A DNA stretch of 64,000 bases from the human T2T-CHM13v2.0 reference genome, Homo sapiens, in NCBI RefSeq assembly GCF_009914755.1, contig NC_060925.1. One strand, written 5' to 3'. This document shows, piece after piece, positions 14,331 to 28,604 of this stretch (position 1 is the first letter of the stretch; each line of letters opens with the position of its first letter). The position numbers were made by a program, and so were the translations under genes. Below the pieces are notes generated by a model. It saw only the letters and a list, made by a program, of their open reading frames with translations. It was not told the DNA's origin and ran no database searches.

Positions 14331-14920
14331 GAAATTATGTTGTATTTCTGTAAGTTACATCAAGTGTGTCTACCTCTCCTGCCTTCTGTTTTACCTCCTC
14401 CACCTGTTTTGCCTCTGCCACCCCTGAGGCATCAAGAATAACTTATTTTCCCCTCCTAAGCCTATTCAATGTAAAGATGATGAGAATGAAGACCTTTATG
14501 ATGATCCACTTCCACTAATAGTAACTATACTTTATCATTCTCATGATTTTAAAATAACATTTTATTTTCTCTAGTTTATTGGATGAATAGTGTATACAAT
14601 ACATATATAAAGTATGTGTTAATCAACTGCTTATGTCATCAGTAAGGCTTCTAGCCAATAGTAGGCTATTAGTAGTTAAGTTTTTTGGGAGATTTTCACC
14701 TGCATAGGGGCTTAGGGCCTCTTCATGTTGTTCAAGTGCCAATGTATATTCTTACCTATGCGTTCATAGAGCTTTAAATGTAAGCTATAATCATAACCCT
14801 AAAAACACTATAGGCACATAACACTATAGGTACCTGGCTCAGAAAAAAGAATAATTTTTAAGAGTATGAATTATATTTACTTGAATATAATTAATTAGTA
14901 AAAATAATTATAAAATCTAA

Positions 14921-15185
14921 TGATTTCATTTATATGAAATATCCAGAATAGGCAACAATATAGAGACAGAAAGATTAGTAGTTGCTTAGGAATAGGTGGG
15001 ATGAGAGGTTTTTAGGGAGTGATAACTAAAGGGTAAAATGTTTCTTTTATAGGTAATATGTTCTAAAATTGATGTGGTGATGGTTGCACAACTCTATGAA
15101 TTTACTAGAAACCATTGACTTGTATATTTTCAATGGGTGAATTGTATCACATGTAAATGATAACTCAATACAGCTATTATTCAAA
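14921..15185 (+). mobile_element. 5'-truncated L1MB-type 3' end
   Basis: tatatgaaatatccagaataggcaa...gtggtgatggttgcacaactct...ctcaatacagct; flanked by an approximately 20-bp imperfect direct repeat aaaat(a/g)attataaaa(t)ctaatg. Confidence 0.85.
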
Positions 15186-15218
15186 AAATGATTATAAAAC
15201 TAATGGATGAAGTCTTAC

Positions 15219-15255
15219 CTATCGTAAATAATGGCCACTTTGTAAATTAATGGTG
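15219..15255 (-). other. Candidate 37-nt exon
   Basis: Minus strand gttagctttttttttag|CACCATT...TACGATAG|gtaaga. Confidence 0.3.
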
Positions 15256-17088
15256 CTAAAAAAAAAGCTAACATATCAGCAAGTCAAGAAATTCAGGTGC
15301 TTGTATGCTAAATTTCTTATGAAAATATTTACAAACATTCTACTTTGCATTTAGAAATGTTATGTTCATCTATGTATTTATATTCTTTACTTGGAAAAAT
15401 GTGAGTGCGGAAGAGGTCAGGTTAAGCATGAGATCTTTGGAAAGAGGGAAGGGTATCATTAATTGACTTCACCATGAAAATTAAATGCCTTAATTTGTGT
15501 TTGTCTAAGATACATTTAAAAGATTTGTTTGAAGTGTCAGCAGTGCTCATGCTATATTTCAGGCAAGGAGAGCCCTCCAGGTCAGACATTGAGAAAAAGA
15601 AGTATGATTATTTTCAAGTCGAAGGAGAGCTATATTAAATATGCACTTCATGAAGCAACACTGCCTTTTAGTGGCCTCTCAAGAACTCTTATTATTAGCA
15701 GTATCTTCTAGAGAGATTTTCTCACAGGGGCTGCATGGTTTGCTAGATATTGTTCTTGCATCTATTTCTATTAGCTACAGCTGCTGATCTATGGTTTAAA
15801 CCAGTTACCTGCCAAATTACAACGCTTGTTGAGAGTTTCAACAGTAACAGATCAATTCATGTAAACTGTTTGGATGGCTTTGAGGATGTTTATGTATTCT
15901 TTATAAGCCCTTAGTCAAAGATTGCTGAAGTTGGTGGTGTACAAATGAAAAAATAATGGGCGTTCTGATATCTGGGGCTGGCTATGCTTAAATTTGGCAC
16001 CAATAATTAATGGATCTTATGTTTCTTGTGAAAAAGTACATTGGTACTTACATACATATTTCTAGAATCTTTCCTTATTGTAATGCAAGTCTATCAAATT
16101 ATAATGACACTTCAAATGTGATGAATCCCAGAATCTTCATTTTTTTTGTATGTCGTGCTGAAAGCTACTCTGCATAATAATAAGCTCTCTAAACAAACAT
16201 AATTGCCTTCTCATCCCACTGAAAAGAGGAATGAAGAACCACTTTCAGGGCAATAAAGAGAGGTTTTAGGTGTTTTAGGATTTTTTGTTTGTTTGTTTGT
16301 TTGAAGGGCATTTTTTAGGTCGAAAAAGCACTTAGGCATAATAGCATTTTGTATTTGTTTAGTGCACCAAACAGAGAAAATGGCCTTACTAACCTTAGTT
16401 ATGCTGTGATGAACTGGTCTTTATCCAAGCTCACAATTTTGGTTATCAAAGAAGCCTAGTAATCTTACACAGACTATCGAAAGTGAGATGGGGCCAGACA
16501 TTCTTGAGAGAGAGCACCTGGCCCCATTTGATGCTATTATGGCCAGAACCTGAATATGCTGATCTAGAAGGCTGGCAAGTCTCACTGGCCAGTGATGGCG
16601 TGGTGGAAACCTGCCCTGCTCTTGGTACACTCACAGGAGGAGCAAGCTATACTGGCCAGAGGCACATGTGGACAGGTGCTTACTTAGGTGTCTGACTGAA
16701 GCATATTCTTTTTGCCCTATTCTGATCAGTAAATAACTGTTCACTATTCCCAGTCCAAAATTCAAAATAAAATCAAAGCTCCCCCATGATCTTTTCTTGG
16801 TGAGCAAATTCCCCAATCCTTTTTTCTCTAATCTTCCCTTCTGATTCCACTTTCTATCACTATTTTTATCCTTCTCCAGACTACTCCAAATAATTGTGTT
16901 TTCCAAGCAGTGTATAGGGAGGGGTGTAATAGATTCTGAATAGAGCTCTGTATATTAAAGATCAACTCATTTACAAATCCCAAAACTGAGAAAGGTTGTG
17001 GGAAAAGTAAATATTCAAGAACGAGCAAAAGTGGAAGGTGTTACTAGAACTCAAATGAAATTTCACCGTATGTCCTTTCCTTCAATAA

Positions 17089-17396
<308 letters not shown>

Positions 17397-18339
17397 ATAA
17401 ATTTTAAAATACATAGAAGATAGACAATACTTCTCGTCAAAACTGATTCCATATGCTTACCTTACCATGCTTTATTAAAGATTCTGGATGGGACTCTGGC
17501 TGAGGGATTCTTGTTTTCTTATTTTAATCATTCTACTGGTCTTTCTTCTCTCTTTTTCTGTATATGCCTATATCTGTAGATATATACATATAGGCTTTTA
17601 TTTCTCTCATATATATATATAAATAAATTTTGGTCTGTTCTTGTTTTTCTTCAGCCTCATGTAATTTTTCCTTTTACAGACTTCCTTAGCACTTGTGTTC
17701 ATTTCTTAAGGAACATAGTACTTCCTGCATAATTTTATTGTTTTATTTTATTATTTCATTACCCATTTGTATTCTATGGCTTACGAATCCATTGAGAATA
17801 GGTGTCACATATGATCATCATTGTTTTATCTTTGACTACCACAATTTGATGTCCTAGTATGTATTAAATGTTTCCAAATGAATAAAAGAATAAGTATCTT
17901 CACCCAAAATATATTGTATTTTATTCTCTAAGTAAATCAGTACATTTTGTTAGTGATGAACACTAAAACTGATGATTTACTATGATGTGAGAAATACTGA
18001 ATTACCAGTAAATTCTATAAATTCTCATGAGCATTGATTCAATTTACTTGTCCAGGTATAATCTGCATTCATTGCCAACAACCATAGCCTGCAATAGAGC
18101 AATAAAGTAATTGCTATTTGATGAATATGGTTTTATTTGGATTAGAGATCTATTTCCAAAACATAAATTCTACTAATTTTCAAGACATAAAACTGGCCTG
18201 TGATATATAAACAAAATGTTGTAATAATCGACATGTTGAGGTGATTTCTTGTTACTTTTCTTAAATGCAGTTATTATATCACTTATGGATAAGGATTCTA
18301 TTCAGGAAAGGATACTACTGATTCCTTTAGACATCTGCC

Positions 18340-18496
18340 ATTCAATTTGGTACAGGCATCAACAGCATCAACCTCAGCTGGGAGCTTGTTAGAAAGGCCT
18401 ACCATCAGGTCTCACTCCAGGCTGCTGAATCAAAATTTGCATTTTACCAAGATGTCCCAAGTGATCCAAATGCACATTAAAGTTTGAGAGACACTA
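18340..18496. mobile_element. MER5A hAT-Charlie MITE
   Basis: cagcatca...ctgggagcttgttagaaa...ctgaatcaaaatttgcattttaccaagat...aagtttgagagacact. Confidence 0.8.
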
Positions 18497-19013
18497 CCTT
18501 AGTTCTTTATTTCTGTCATTGAAATTAAAATTGTCATATTTATAGAAATGAAAGAACAAAGTCTTGTGTGTCTGGGTTTAGATCAGTCCTATAATCTCAA
18601 TCATCTTAACTAATGCAGGTGAGTATTTTAGAAAGATTTTGAATATTAATGCTTCCAAATGATCAGACCCATGAAAATTTATTGGACACTCATAGATCAA
18701 AACAGGATAAAGCAATCAATTAAAAGACAGAATTTATAGGGTGCTCACACTGTGCAGAAATGTAGGTGAGGCTTTTGGTAGTGATAAATGACAGATGAAT
18801 TTCAAGGCACGTCCAGCTGAATAGGGAGACATATGTCCAAAACAATTATCAGTACAAATGAGGCCAAAATGCACTTCTTCCAGGCATAATGTGTGGCCAT
18901 GTGGTGAATCACATAAACAATGTGTGAGTGGTCAACAATCGCTCCAAAGTGAAGTTATCAACTGATGTGAAATTAGTGTGGCTGGAACAGAAAATAATTT
19001 GCACATAATCTGG

Positions 19014-19215
19014 TGTGGTAGGTTGTTATCGGCCCCAATCTTTTAGCTTTCCTTCTTCCATACCCTTCGCCATGTACTTTTTAAGGGCCCTCCCACTGGG
19101 GGCAGTATGTATTTCCCTGCCTCATGACTTTGAATTAGCCATGAGACTTGCTTTGCCAAATGCCATGACATAGAAATGGCAATCTGTCATTTTTGAACCT
19201 AGACCACAAAAGAAC
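19014..19215 (+). mobile_element. Old MLT1 LTR 5' fragment
   Basis: TGTGGTAGG start; tatttccctgcc...tgactttgaattagccatgagacttgctttgccaaatg. Confidence 0.6.
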
Positions 19216-20066
19216 TTGGTGAATTATGATGATCAAGAATGTATCTAATGAGGCTGGATGATGAGTGATTGGATCATTCAGTCTTATAGACAACAGTAAT
19301 GAAGTAAAATTTTACTTTTAGTGACATGAGAAGGCATCATCAAGGGTTTTTAAAATCCCTTTCTGCTCTGTATTATAGCTATCTGAGTAAATGTTATCAC
19401 GTATACTAGATTTTCAGCTATTAGAAAATGGGAATTTATGTTATCATGGAATGTTTCCTGCTAAGCCCAACTTGGTTGTTTGGTAGATACTTCAAGGGGT
19501 AACTGCAGTGGTTTCATGCATTGTTAGGTTATCAAGAACACTACATGGACAAGCATTTACAAACAAAGATAGTCCAATTAGGAGAGGAAACCCTGCAAAA
19601 TTATAGAAGATTATTTTATTCTCACCATATTTTGTACTTTTTTATTCCTTGAAGATATTAATCTACATTATCCAACATTTAGTACTCTCCATGCTTAGCA
19701 CAATGTTGACTTTTGTAAATATATCAATTGGTAGCTGAAATAGGTGAATGTACTTTGTAAAATGATATTTAAAAAATATTGCTAGTGATTACATCCTATA
19801 AGAACCTGAATCATAAAAAGTATACATGTTAGGAAACACCTTTCTATTACTCACCTTGAAAAAAAACCTCTCTATAAATGCATTTGCAAATACTAACTCC
19901 ACATGTTACTTGAAAATTTAAATATGAAACATTTAAAAACACAATGGCAAGGTAGCATTCCTTTTTTTTTTTTTTTTTTTTTTTTACTGGATTTCAAATG
20001 TTTCTTCTTTATCATCAATGAACAACATAGGAAAACTTTTCCATCGTTAAATAATTGGACATTTTC

Positions 20067-20388
20067 AGCCGGGTGCGGTGGCTCAAGCCTGTAATACCAG
20101 CACTTTGGGAGGCTGAAGTGGGCAGATCACTTGAGGTCAGGAGTTCGAGACCAGCCTGGAAACATGGTGAAATCCAGACTCTACTAAAAATACAAAAATT
20201 AGCTGGGCGTGGCGGCATGCGCCTGTAATCCCAGCTTCTCAGGAGGCTGAGGCAGGAGAATCACCTGAACCTGGATGGCGGAAATTGCAGTGAGCCAAGA
20301 TTGTGCAACTGCACTCCAGCTTGGGAGACAGACTGAGACTCCGTCTCAAAAAATAAATAAATAAATTAATTAATGAATTAATTAATAA
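20067..20388 (+). mobile_element. AluS (Sx/Sz-like)
   Basis: gatcacttgaggtcaggagttcgagaccagcc; TSD aattg(g/a)acattttc at 20053-20066 and 20389-20402. Confidence 0.95.
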
Positions 20389-20999
20389 AATTGAACATTT
20401 TCACATCACATGGCAAAATCCTAACAACTTTTTTAAAGTGCAGGGAAACAAGAATTGGTCCTGTTGAAAAAGCTTAAGACAAACAGGTGAGTGTAATTCT
20501 GAGACAACAGTAGTAATCCCTCTGCTGGACCTTGTTTTGAGAGAAGGTTGCTGCTGACTTTGATCGTTTGACAGAAACAAATTGAAGGTTATTGAGACAA
20601 TCATCTTCCCAAATGTTTAAGGGTCTGAATTTTCAGGGATATCCTGTGCTCACTTTGCCCCCTCTGTTCTAGACTCTAGTGTGTTTAGGTTACTTTGTGG
20701 ATCTGTACACTCAGGCTCAGCCAGTGGTGGAGGATAAGTGGAGAATGGGCAGAACTGATTATTCTGCCTTTGAGTAATATTTGTTCACCTTGAACCTTCT
20801 GGTCAATCTAGGAGTAGCATCCAGAAAGATGGTAATTTTACCGATTTGTGTTCTTCATTCGCTTTAGCTATCTAAACATTATACTTATTTATGTATTTAT
20901 CAAATACAGGATGATTTTGTAAATTTTTTTATTGCTACATAATACATGGGCATATTTTGGGGATACAATGGGTGTTCATTCACTCTTTAAGTGCCTTTA

Positions 21000-21320
21000 T
21001 AAGTCTTTCCTCTATCAGGAAGCCTTTGTTGACCTCGCTAGATCCCAGTGATCCTTCCGCCTCATAACTGTCGTAGCCATTATTTCCTGTATTACTTATT
21101 TGGCACCTAAAAATACGTTGCTATCTAATGCCTTTTACTTTAAATTAATATTTAAACTTTTTGTTATATCCACTTTTTTTAGTTATATGTTATCTTCTCA
21201 GTGAAAGGGTTGCTGAGGGGCAGAGACAGTTTCTTATATATCTTTGTGTTTTCACAGTACAAGTGCAGAATAGCCATCAAATGATTATTTCTTGATCAGA
21301 TGCATGAATGAATGAATGGC
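21000..21320 (+). mobile_element. L2 3' fragment
   Basis: ggaagcctttgttgacc, gagggg cagagac motif and tgaatgaatgaatg tail. Confidence 0.55.
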
Positions 21321-22029
21321 TTTGTAAGCACTATTCATTAATTCTTTCATTAAGTTATCAGGTACTGAGGATACAAACATACCTGTCCTCCTAAAGCTCA
21401 TATTCTAATTGGAGAAAGCTCACATCCTTGTATTTTAATCAGTTGAATATGCTTTGCCTAATGTTAACAGCTTTTTTATAATTTGTGAGAAACATACTTT
21501 AGTTTTTTCTAATAAACATAAGTAATGCTCATTTGATTTTTACAGTTTATGGAACACAATAATCTACAGCCAAGTCGTGATTAACTGAGGTCCAGATTTT
21601 CTAGATTTTTCATTAGCACTTTCAACTGCATCAGAGGATAAAAGTGAGAAGTTAATTTCCATTTACATTGTAAAGAATTGTTGAAAGTTGATAGAGAGTT
21701 GAGAAACCTAGCCTAATTGATTTATATGATTCTTTAGCATCACATGTGTGCATCATTTATGCATTTGATTCTTGAATCAATTATTATAGGTAACTAAGCA
21801 TTGTGTTCTACATTTACAGATCTCACTAATATGCATAGAGTAACATCTTTTTCTATCTTTATTATAATTCCCATGTTTTAATTGTAGGAGCCATAAGCTC
21901 CCCAAAAGTAAAGCTTTGAACTTTTACATGTTTTGAAGATATGGAGATTGTTATGACCAGAAAATATTTTTAAAAAAGCCTTATCATTTCAGCCTATTTT
22001 AAAAGGTTCTGCTCTGTAGTTTGCTTACT

Positions 22030-22330
22030 ATTTGCAAGTACTCAACCCCACATTAGAATGCAAATGCACTTTTAGATAATACTTAAATGAATGGGCATGG
22101 CTATATTGCAATAAAATTTTATTTATTATAAACATGGAAATTATAATTTCCAGGAGAATAATATCCCAAGTGTGATGGGAATAATATTCAGATTTCCGTT
22201 TCTATGTCATGTCAATATCCCATGACACGTGGGATATCATTCTTCTTTTGATATAAGAAATCCATTTAAAAATCTAAAAATTGTTTTTAGCTCAAGGGCC
22301 ATACAAAAACAAGAAGTGGGTGGGCTGGAT
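22030..22330 (+). mobile_element. MER58B hAT-Charlie (5' part missing)
   Basis: aatgaatgggcatggctatattgcaataaaattttattta...ttcttcttttga...gggccatacaaaaaca...gggctggat. Confidence 0.75.
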
Positions 22331-22334
22331 ACTT

Positions 22335-22492
22335 GTTTATTTATTTACATATTTTCTGTGGCTACTTTTCTGCTACTGCTGCAAAGTTAAATCTTTGCAG
22401 CAAAGTTGAGTATTTGTCAGAGAGACTTTAATGCTTGCAAAGCCAAAACTATTTACTATTTGGCTCTTCAAGAAAAACTTTGTCAATCCCTG
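22335..22492 (-). mobile_element. MER58 5' half in opposite orientation
   Basis: Reverse complement cagggattgacaaagtttttc...gccaaatagtaaatagttttggctttgc...gtctct...tactcaact. Confidence 0.8.
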
Positions 22493-22624
22493 GTGTAGAC
22501 AACAATATATTTCCATCAACAAGCAGTAAGTAGTCACATGACATGATATATAAAGTACAATATAACACAGTTTTTGTCCAAAAGGCAACAAACTAACATT
22601 CTAACACAATAATATTCTTGAAAT

Positions 22625-22800
22625 CATGAATATATATTTTGAGCAACTACTATGTGCCAAGCACTATTCTAGACATTGGAGATACCACAGCTCAGGCATA
22701 TAAATGGACATAATCTCTGTTCTCATGGAGTTTACATTCTTGAATGGGAGCCCAATAATAACACACAAACATGCATACACACAATAAATAAATGTAATTT
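22625..22800 (-). mobile_element. L2 3' fragment
   Basis: ttgagcaactactatgtgccaagcactattctagacattggagatac...ctcatggagtttacattct. Confidence 0.75.
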
Positions 22801-24424
22801 ACAGACAAAATAACTTCTACAAATATTCCTGGCTTCTGAGCTAAACTGGAAATGACAAAGCAGTAACACTAATACACTTTTAGGGTTACCCAACAAGGGT
22901 TCTAGCAGCCTGCTCATTGAACCTCTAGTTGGGGTTAAGACTTATCATGAGGAAAATCTTAAATCTTGTCTTCTCAGAAACTGCAATACATCAAGGAGAA
23001 AATAAAAATTCAAGGTCAGAACACAAGCTCAATGCTTTTTTTTAAAAAAAAAAAATAGCTTACACTGTCAAAATTGTCTTAAAGCAAAGATTGTAGATAG
23101 TGGGACAATATAGTTAGAAAAATTTGGAATTTTCTATGGAGCCCTAGAGATTAAAAAAAAAAAACTCCAAATATTGTTACACTTGAAGTTAGTTGAGGAT
23201 TTAAGGCGTTAGAGAAATAGGCTGAGGAACTATAAAAGGCTGACTTAGAAATGATGCCTGAAGATACAGTAAGTGACCTGCTTAGAGTCTGACACAACTG
23301 ACACCTGAGTCTCCTAACTCTAATAAAATTCTCAAAACAAAAAAACTTCAATCTAAACTGCAGACACCTGAGAGGAAATCAATTTATGAAGCTGGGAAAA
23401 TAAGACCTAGAAAATGCATATGACTTTAAATAAAAATAGAAAGCCCCAATATGCGTCTTCTTACGTACCAGCAAGCAATTGGCTTCCTGATGGGAACCTG
23501 CATGGGAGAAGGCCAGCGGTCAAGTACAATTCTGCAATCTCAGTTATGTGACCTACTGGACATTCCCAAGGACATTTAGTAAATGCTCTCTTGAGTGTGA
23601 TATTCCGGTGCTAAAGCTCTGTCACAGAATTTCCTAGCTTTCTATTATAGGAATTACAAAAAGAAAGATGAAGAGACTATAACATGTCTTTATGTTCAAA
23701 TTCTTCACCATATTTTTTACATATTAAATCACCCTTTTTTAAGAAATTGTCAAAAGGACACAAATGAAAACTACTATTGTTTTTAAAATAGTGAAGACAT
23801 CTCAGAATATAAAATTTAAATCACATTGCTGTAGAGAGTTATGAGCATGGAGGACTTAATGTGGCCTTTAGAACATCTATGACCATATTAGCAAATATGT
23901 TTCCCTTTTCTAGTAGCCATGTTGCCTCATTTGAGACGAACTCATTGGAAGTCACTTAACAGAAAACCATGAAGAAGAGGTAATAGGCATTTCAAATCAG
24001 TTGTGTACCAAATAGATTCCTGTTTACTTTGTTCTGAGATAACCGTCTCAGAAAACAAAGCTAGGAGGTTTCATGTTGTTTTAGAAGAGAGAAAAAAGCT
24101 ACACTTTCTTAAATGTCATGAAATAGTGAATTGTTTCATAGAATTATGAAACAAGCCTCTACAATTATTTTGAGTAGGTAAGATGAATTATTTTTGACAA
24201 GATTGACTTTTAAGAATTGTGCACAATACTATTGAGAAAGGGAAATAATTCAAAACTCACAATGTTTTACATAGATTATATCCCTATGACCAATTTAAGT
24301 GGAAATTTAGTTAGCATGTTTAGTTAGATTTTAATTAAAGTTGACAATATTAGACTGTGTATGCTGTGTATGTTCATAATGGAATCTGGTTACTCATATT
24401 CTTTTACTTCATTCTTCTTTCCGA

Positions 24425-24789
24425 TGTACATTTTAAATTGAAATACATTGGAAAAGTGCATAAATTGGAACTCTACAGCTTGATAAATGTTCACAAAGGA
24501 AACCTGACCCAAACCCTTGAAGTCACTACGTCCCCCTTCTAGTAACTAGCCTCATCGATAAGAGTAACCATTATGTTGACTTCTATTGGTGCCAATGTTT
24601 TAACTTTAAATAAATAGACTCAAACAATATTGTAACATTATTTTGTGTCTGGCCAACTTTCATACAATATTATGTTTGTGAAATTCATTCATGATGTTGT
24701 CTGTAACTGGAGTTCATTCATTCTTATTACAGTATAAGTTTCCACTGTATAAATATACCACAACTTCTTTATCTATTCTACTGCTGACA
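24425..24789 (-). mobile_element. L1ME/L1MC-type 3' fragment
   Basis: ttttgtgtctggc...tttgtgaaattcattcatgatgttg...ccactgtataaatataccacaa. Confidence 0.75.
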
Positions 24790-25044
24790 GGTCCTGTTAG
24801 GACCCAGGCCACACAGCAGGAGGTGAGCAGCAGGAGAGGCAGCGGGCCTTACTGTCTGAACTCTGCCTCCTGTCAGATCAGTGGCTGCATTAGATTCTCA
24901 TAGGAGCGTGGAACCTAGGGATCTAGGGTGAGCACTCGTCATGAGCCTCTAATGCCTCTGAACAGCCTTCGCCAAGTCCTTGGAAAAATTGTAAAAATTG
25001 TCTTCCAAGAAACCGGTTCCTGGTGCCAAAAAAAATTGGGGACC
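24790..25044 (+). mobile_element. MER1B hAT-Charlie fragment
   Basis: cctgttaggacccaggccacacagcaggaggtgagc...cctcctgtcagatcagtggctgcattagattctcataggagc...aaaccggttcctggtgccaaaaa...ttggggacc. Confidence 0.88.
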
Positions 25045-25074
25045 CTTCATGTAATCCACCCAAAGAGGTCAAAG

Positions 25075-25570
25075 AACTGCTACCAGAGAGATCTTTACAA
25101 ATGCCCATTGATATAAATCATTTTCCAGATCAAAATATTCCAGTGTCTTAGGATATAATTCAAGCCTCTTAGTCCCATATGATGCTATGAAGAATATGGT
25201 TGCTGCTTTCCATGCAATTACTTCGCTTTATTTGCAGTTCTGTGAACAGCAAGGGAGTAAAAATCTTCTGCACCTAGAGTGACTTTACCCTGATCTTTTC
25301 TATCTGCTGGATTCTACTCTTCCTTTAAATCTCTATTCATACTTTACCATCTTTGAAAAGCCTTTCCTGACCTTCCTAAGTACAGTTAATTTCATCATCT
25401 GTACTGCCCAGTGTTTGAACGTAACTTGAATTTATCTCCCTGTTTATACATTTTCTCCCTAAGGGACTATGAAGCACTCGCTATGCTTTCTTCATCGTCG
25501 TGTTCACAATGACTAGAATGAGCTTAACCAATTGCCTAGCATAATTTTATTGAGTGAATGAATGAATGAA
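25075..25570 (+). mobile_element. L2 3' region
   Basis: gaaaagcctttcctgacc motif and ttgagtgaatgaatgaatgaa tail. Confidence 0.65.
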
Positions 25571-26004
25571 ATATTTTTTTCTGTAAGTCCTCTTTCTTTT
25601 CAAAGTAGTTTAAACAACCAAAATTTTATCATGGAAATTATTTCTCCTACAATAAGAAAAAACTAAAAGAAAAAGAATTAAAACATACATTTGTTCTGGG
25701 GACTGGAAGAGGAAACTCTTCAATATACTTGCATTTTTAATCCTTTCACAGGGTTGAATGAAATGGGAAAGAACAAACTGACTTAAGAGAAAGACTGTAT
25801 AAACTTTTCTTTTACTGCTTGACCAAGGGAAACACGGTTTTCTGATCATTGAAAGGTTATTTGGAAATTTTAGCGTTTGGCACCTTTGGTCAGTGTTAAA
25901 AGGAAAGGATAGAAATGAGGCTGAACGGAGCTTAGAAGAAGAGACTACTTGAAGTACCTTCTCTGAGAGAAAAAAAAAAAAAGACACAGAGAGAGAGAGC
26001 ATCA

Positions 26005-26374
<370 letters not shown>

Positions 26375-27349
26375 TTACGCAACATTTTAGAGGCAGAAAG
26401 CTCTGAGAACGAGCAGTAGGACAAAGTCTCCCAATAGACTCAGGGAAGGCTGACCACAAACACAGTCTGACAAAAACACAAAGAAGGTCAAGGTGCTCCT
26501 CAACTTAGATGTAATTTATACAATTAGGTCAAACTGTACCATAGTAAACATTGTAGGTCATGTCAAAAAGAGCTTTCTGGAATCTTTGATTTCAGTGACA
26601 ACTGCACGATAAAGGGGCATAGGATAAAATCTCATTACTTCTCATTTCCGCCTCTTTCAAGAGGCTTGTAATATGGTTTGATGCCACGTCTTTGTTAAAT
26701 TTACTTCGGTTGTCAAAGAGGAACCCGAGGCTGTCATTGAGATGGTATGAGAGCACATTGCTTTCATACTTTGTGTACAATTTACTTTGAGGCGTGATGA
26801 CATAATCTGCACTACCCATAGGAAGTAATAGATACTTCCTACAGTCAGTGGCTCCCTCAACTCTGTGAACCCTAAGCTGATCATATCAGAATTCATTTTC
26901 ACTATTGTAATATCTAGGTTGAGAGAGGTATAAGAGTTAGTGCAAAAGTTCAATCATTCATATGAAAATTTTATTGTTTCACAATATAAGCTAGCCCAAT
27001 TAAAATGGCTAACCTCACTTGATTTGACACTGTTTACACTGACTAAAACTATATTCAGTGGTGCCTATATTTAAAGTTTTGCAAATTTTTCACAATCACT
27101 TTTATGGAAAAGATAAAACAAAACTGCATTTAGAGCTATTATTTGGATAGAGGGGTCAGCTTATTGATGTTCAAATCTGAGCACTGAAGCTACCTCTAAG
27201 TTTTTTGATTTGGAAAACAGTCCTTGTTGGTAGTACTAACTTTAAGTTACATTCTGTGAACAATTACATAATGGCAGATAAAGATAACTATAATTTCGTT
27301 TTGACAATTGAATTTAAGAAGTAAATTTTAAGTTCAAATTATTAAATTA

Positions 27350-27570
27350 TGTGCTAGTGTCATTTGAGTAGCACTTTAAAAGTTTATAACAGAATTCCAT
27401 GTACATTATATCACTTAATTCTCAACAAGTTTTCAAAGAAATCTTTATTATCTTCATTTTATACATGGTGGAACTAAGGTTTGGGAAGATTTATTGATAT
27501 GCTCGAGGTTACATGATCATTAAATGGACTCAGGGCTCAATCTCATGTCTTAGAACTTCAAATCTTAGAC
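27350..27570 (-). mobile_element. MIR
   Basis: ttattatcttcattttatacatggtggaactaaggtttggg...gaggttaca core. Confidence 0.65.
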
Positions 27571-27729
27571 CACATTGTTTAGTATGTTCTTGTAAGGCTG
27601 GATTTTTATAATTTTTCTTGGTATTCTCATTGAGTGATATAAGCCAGGAATTTTTTAATGAATAAATTTATTTTTATATTTGTCTTTTATTTTCACCAAT
27701 TTTAAGACATTTTTGGAATTTTATATAGA

Positions 27730-28024
27730 TTTTTTTTTTTTTTTGAGACGGAGTCTTGCTCTGTTGCCCAGGCTAGAGTGCAGCGGTCCACTCTTAGCTC
27801 ACTGCAACCTCCACCTCCTGGGTTCAAGCGATTATCCTGCCTCAGCCACCTGAGTAGCTGGGATTACATGGGCGTGCCACCACGCCTGGCTAATTTTTGT
27901 ATTTTTAGTAGAGACGGGGTTTCACCATGTTGGTTAGGTTTGTCTCAAACTCCTGACCTCTTGATCCACCCGCCACAGCCTCCCAAAGTGCTGGGATTAC
28001 AGGTGTGAGCCACCACACCTGGCC
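27730..28024 (-). mobile_element. AluS (Sg-like)
   Basis: Full dimer; ctcaaactcctgacctc^ttgatcc 2-bp deletion type. Confidence 0.95.
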
Positions 28025-28220
28025 TAGAATGTTATTATTTACAAGCAAACTATCTGTTATTAATTCAATGCACAGCAAAATCTGTGGCACAGCAATGTGC
28101 AGTATTACAAAGTAATTGTAACTCTATCATTTAAATCGTAAATACTATATATAACTAAAATATAAGACACATTTTTTAGAGGGACTTCTAATACATAATA
28201 TTGAAAGAGATTTAATGTTA

Positions 28221-28604
<384 letters not shown>

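Noticed and set aside
17953-18000. C/D'/C'/D box-like arrangement (GTGATGA, CTGA, ATGATGT, CTGA)
   Set aside because: Only 48 nt, no terminal stem, no room for a guide, and on the strand opposite the inferred host; likely chance.
19846-19875. Strong minus-strand donor CAAG|gtgagtaa
   Set aside because: No convincing acceptor or promoter upstream; isolated donors are common.
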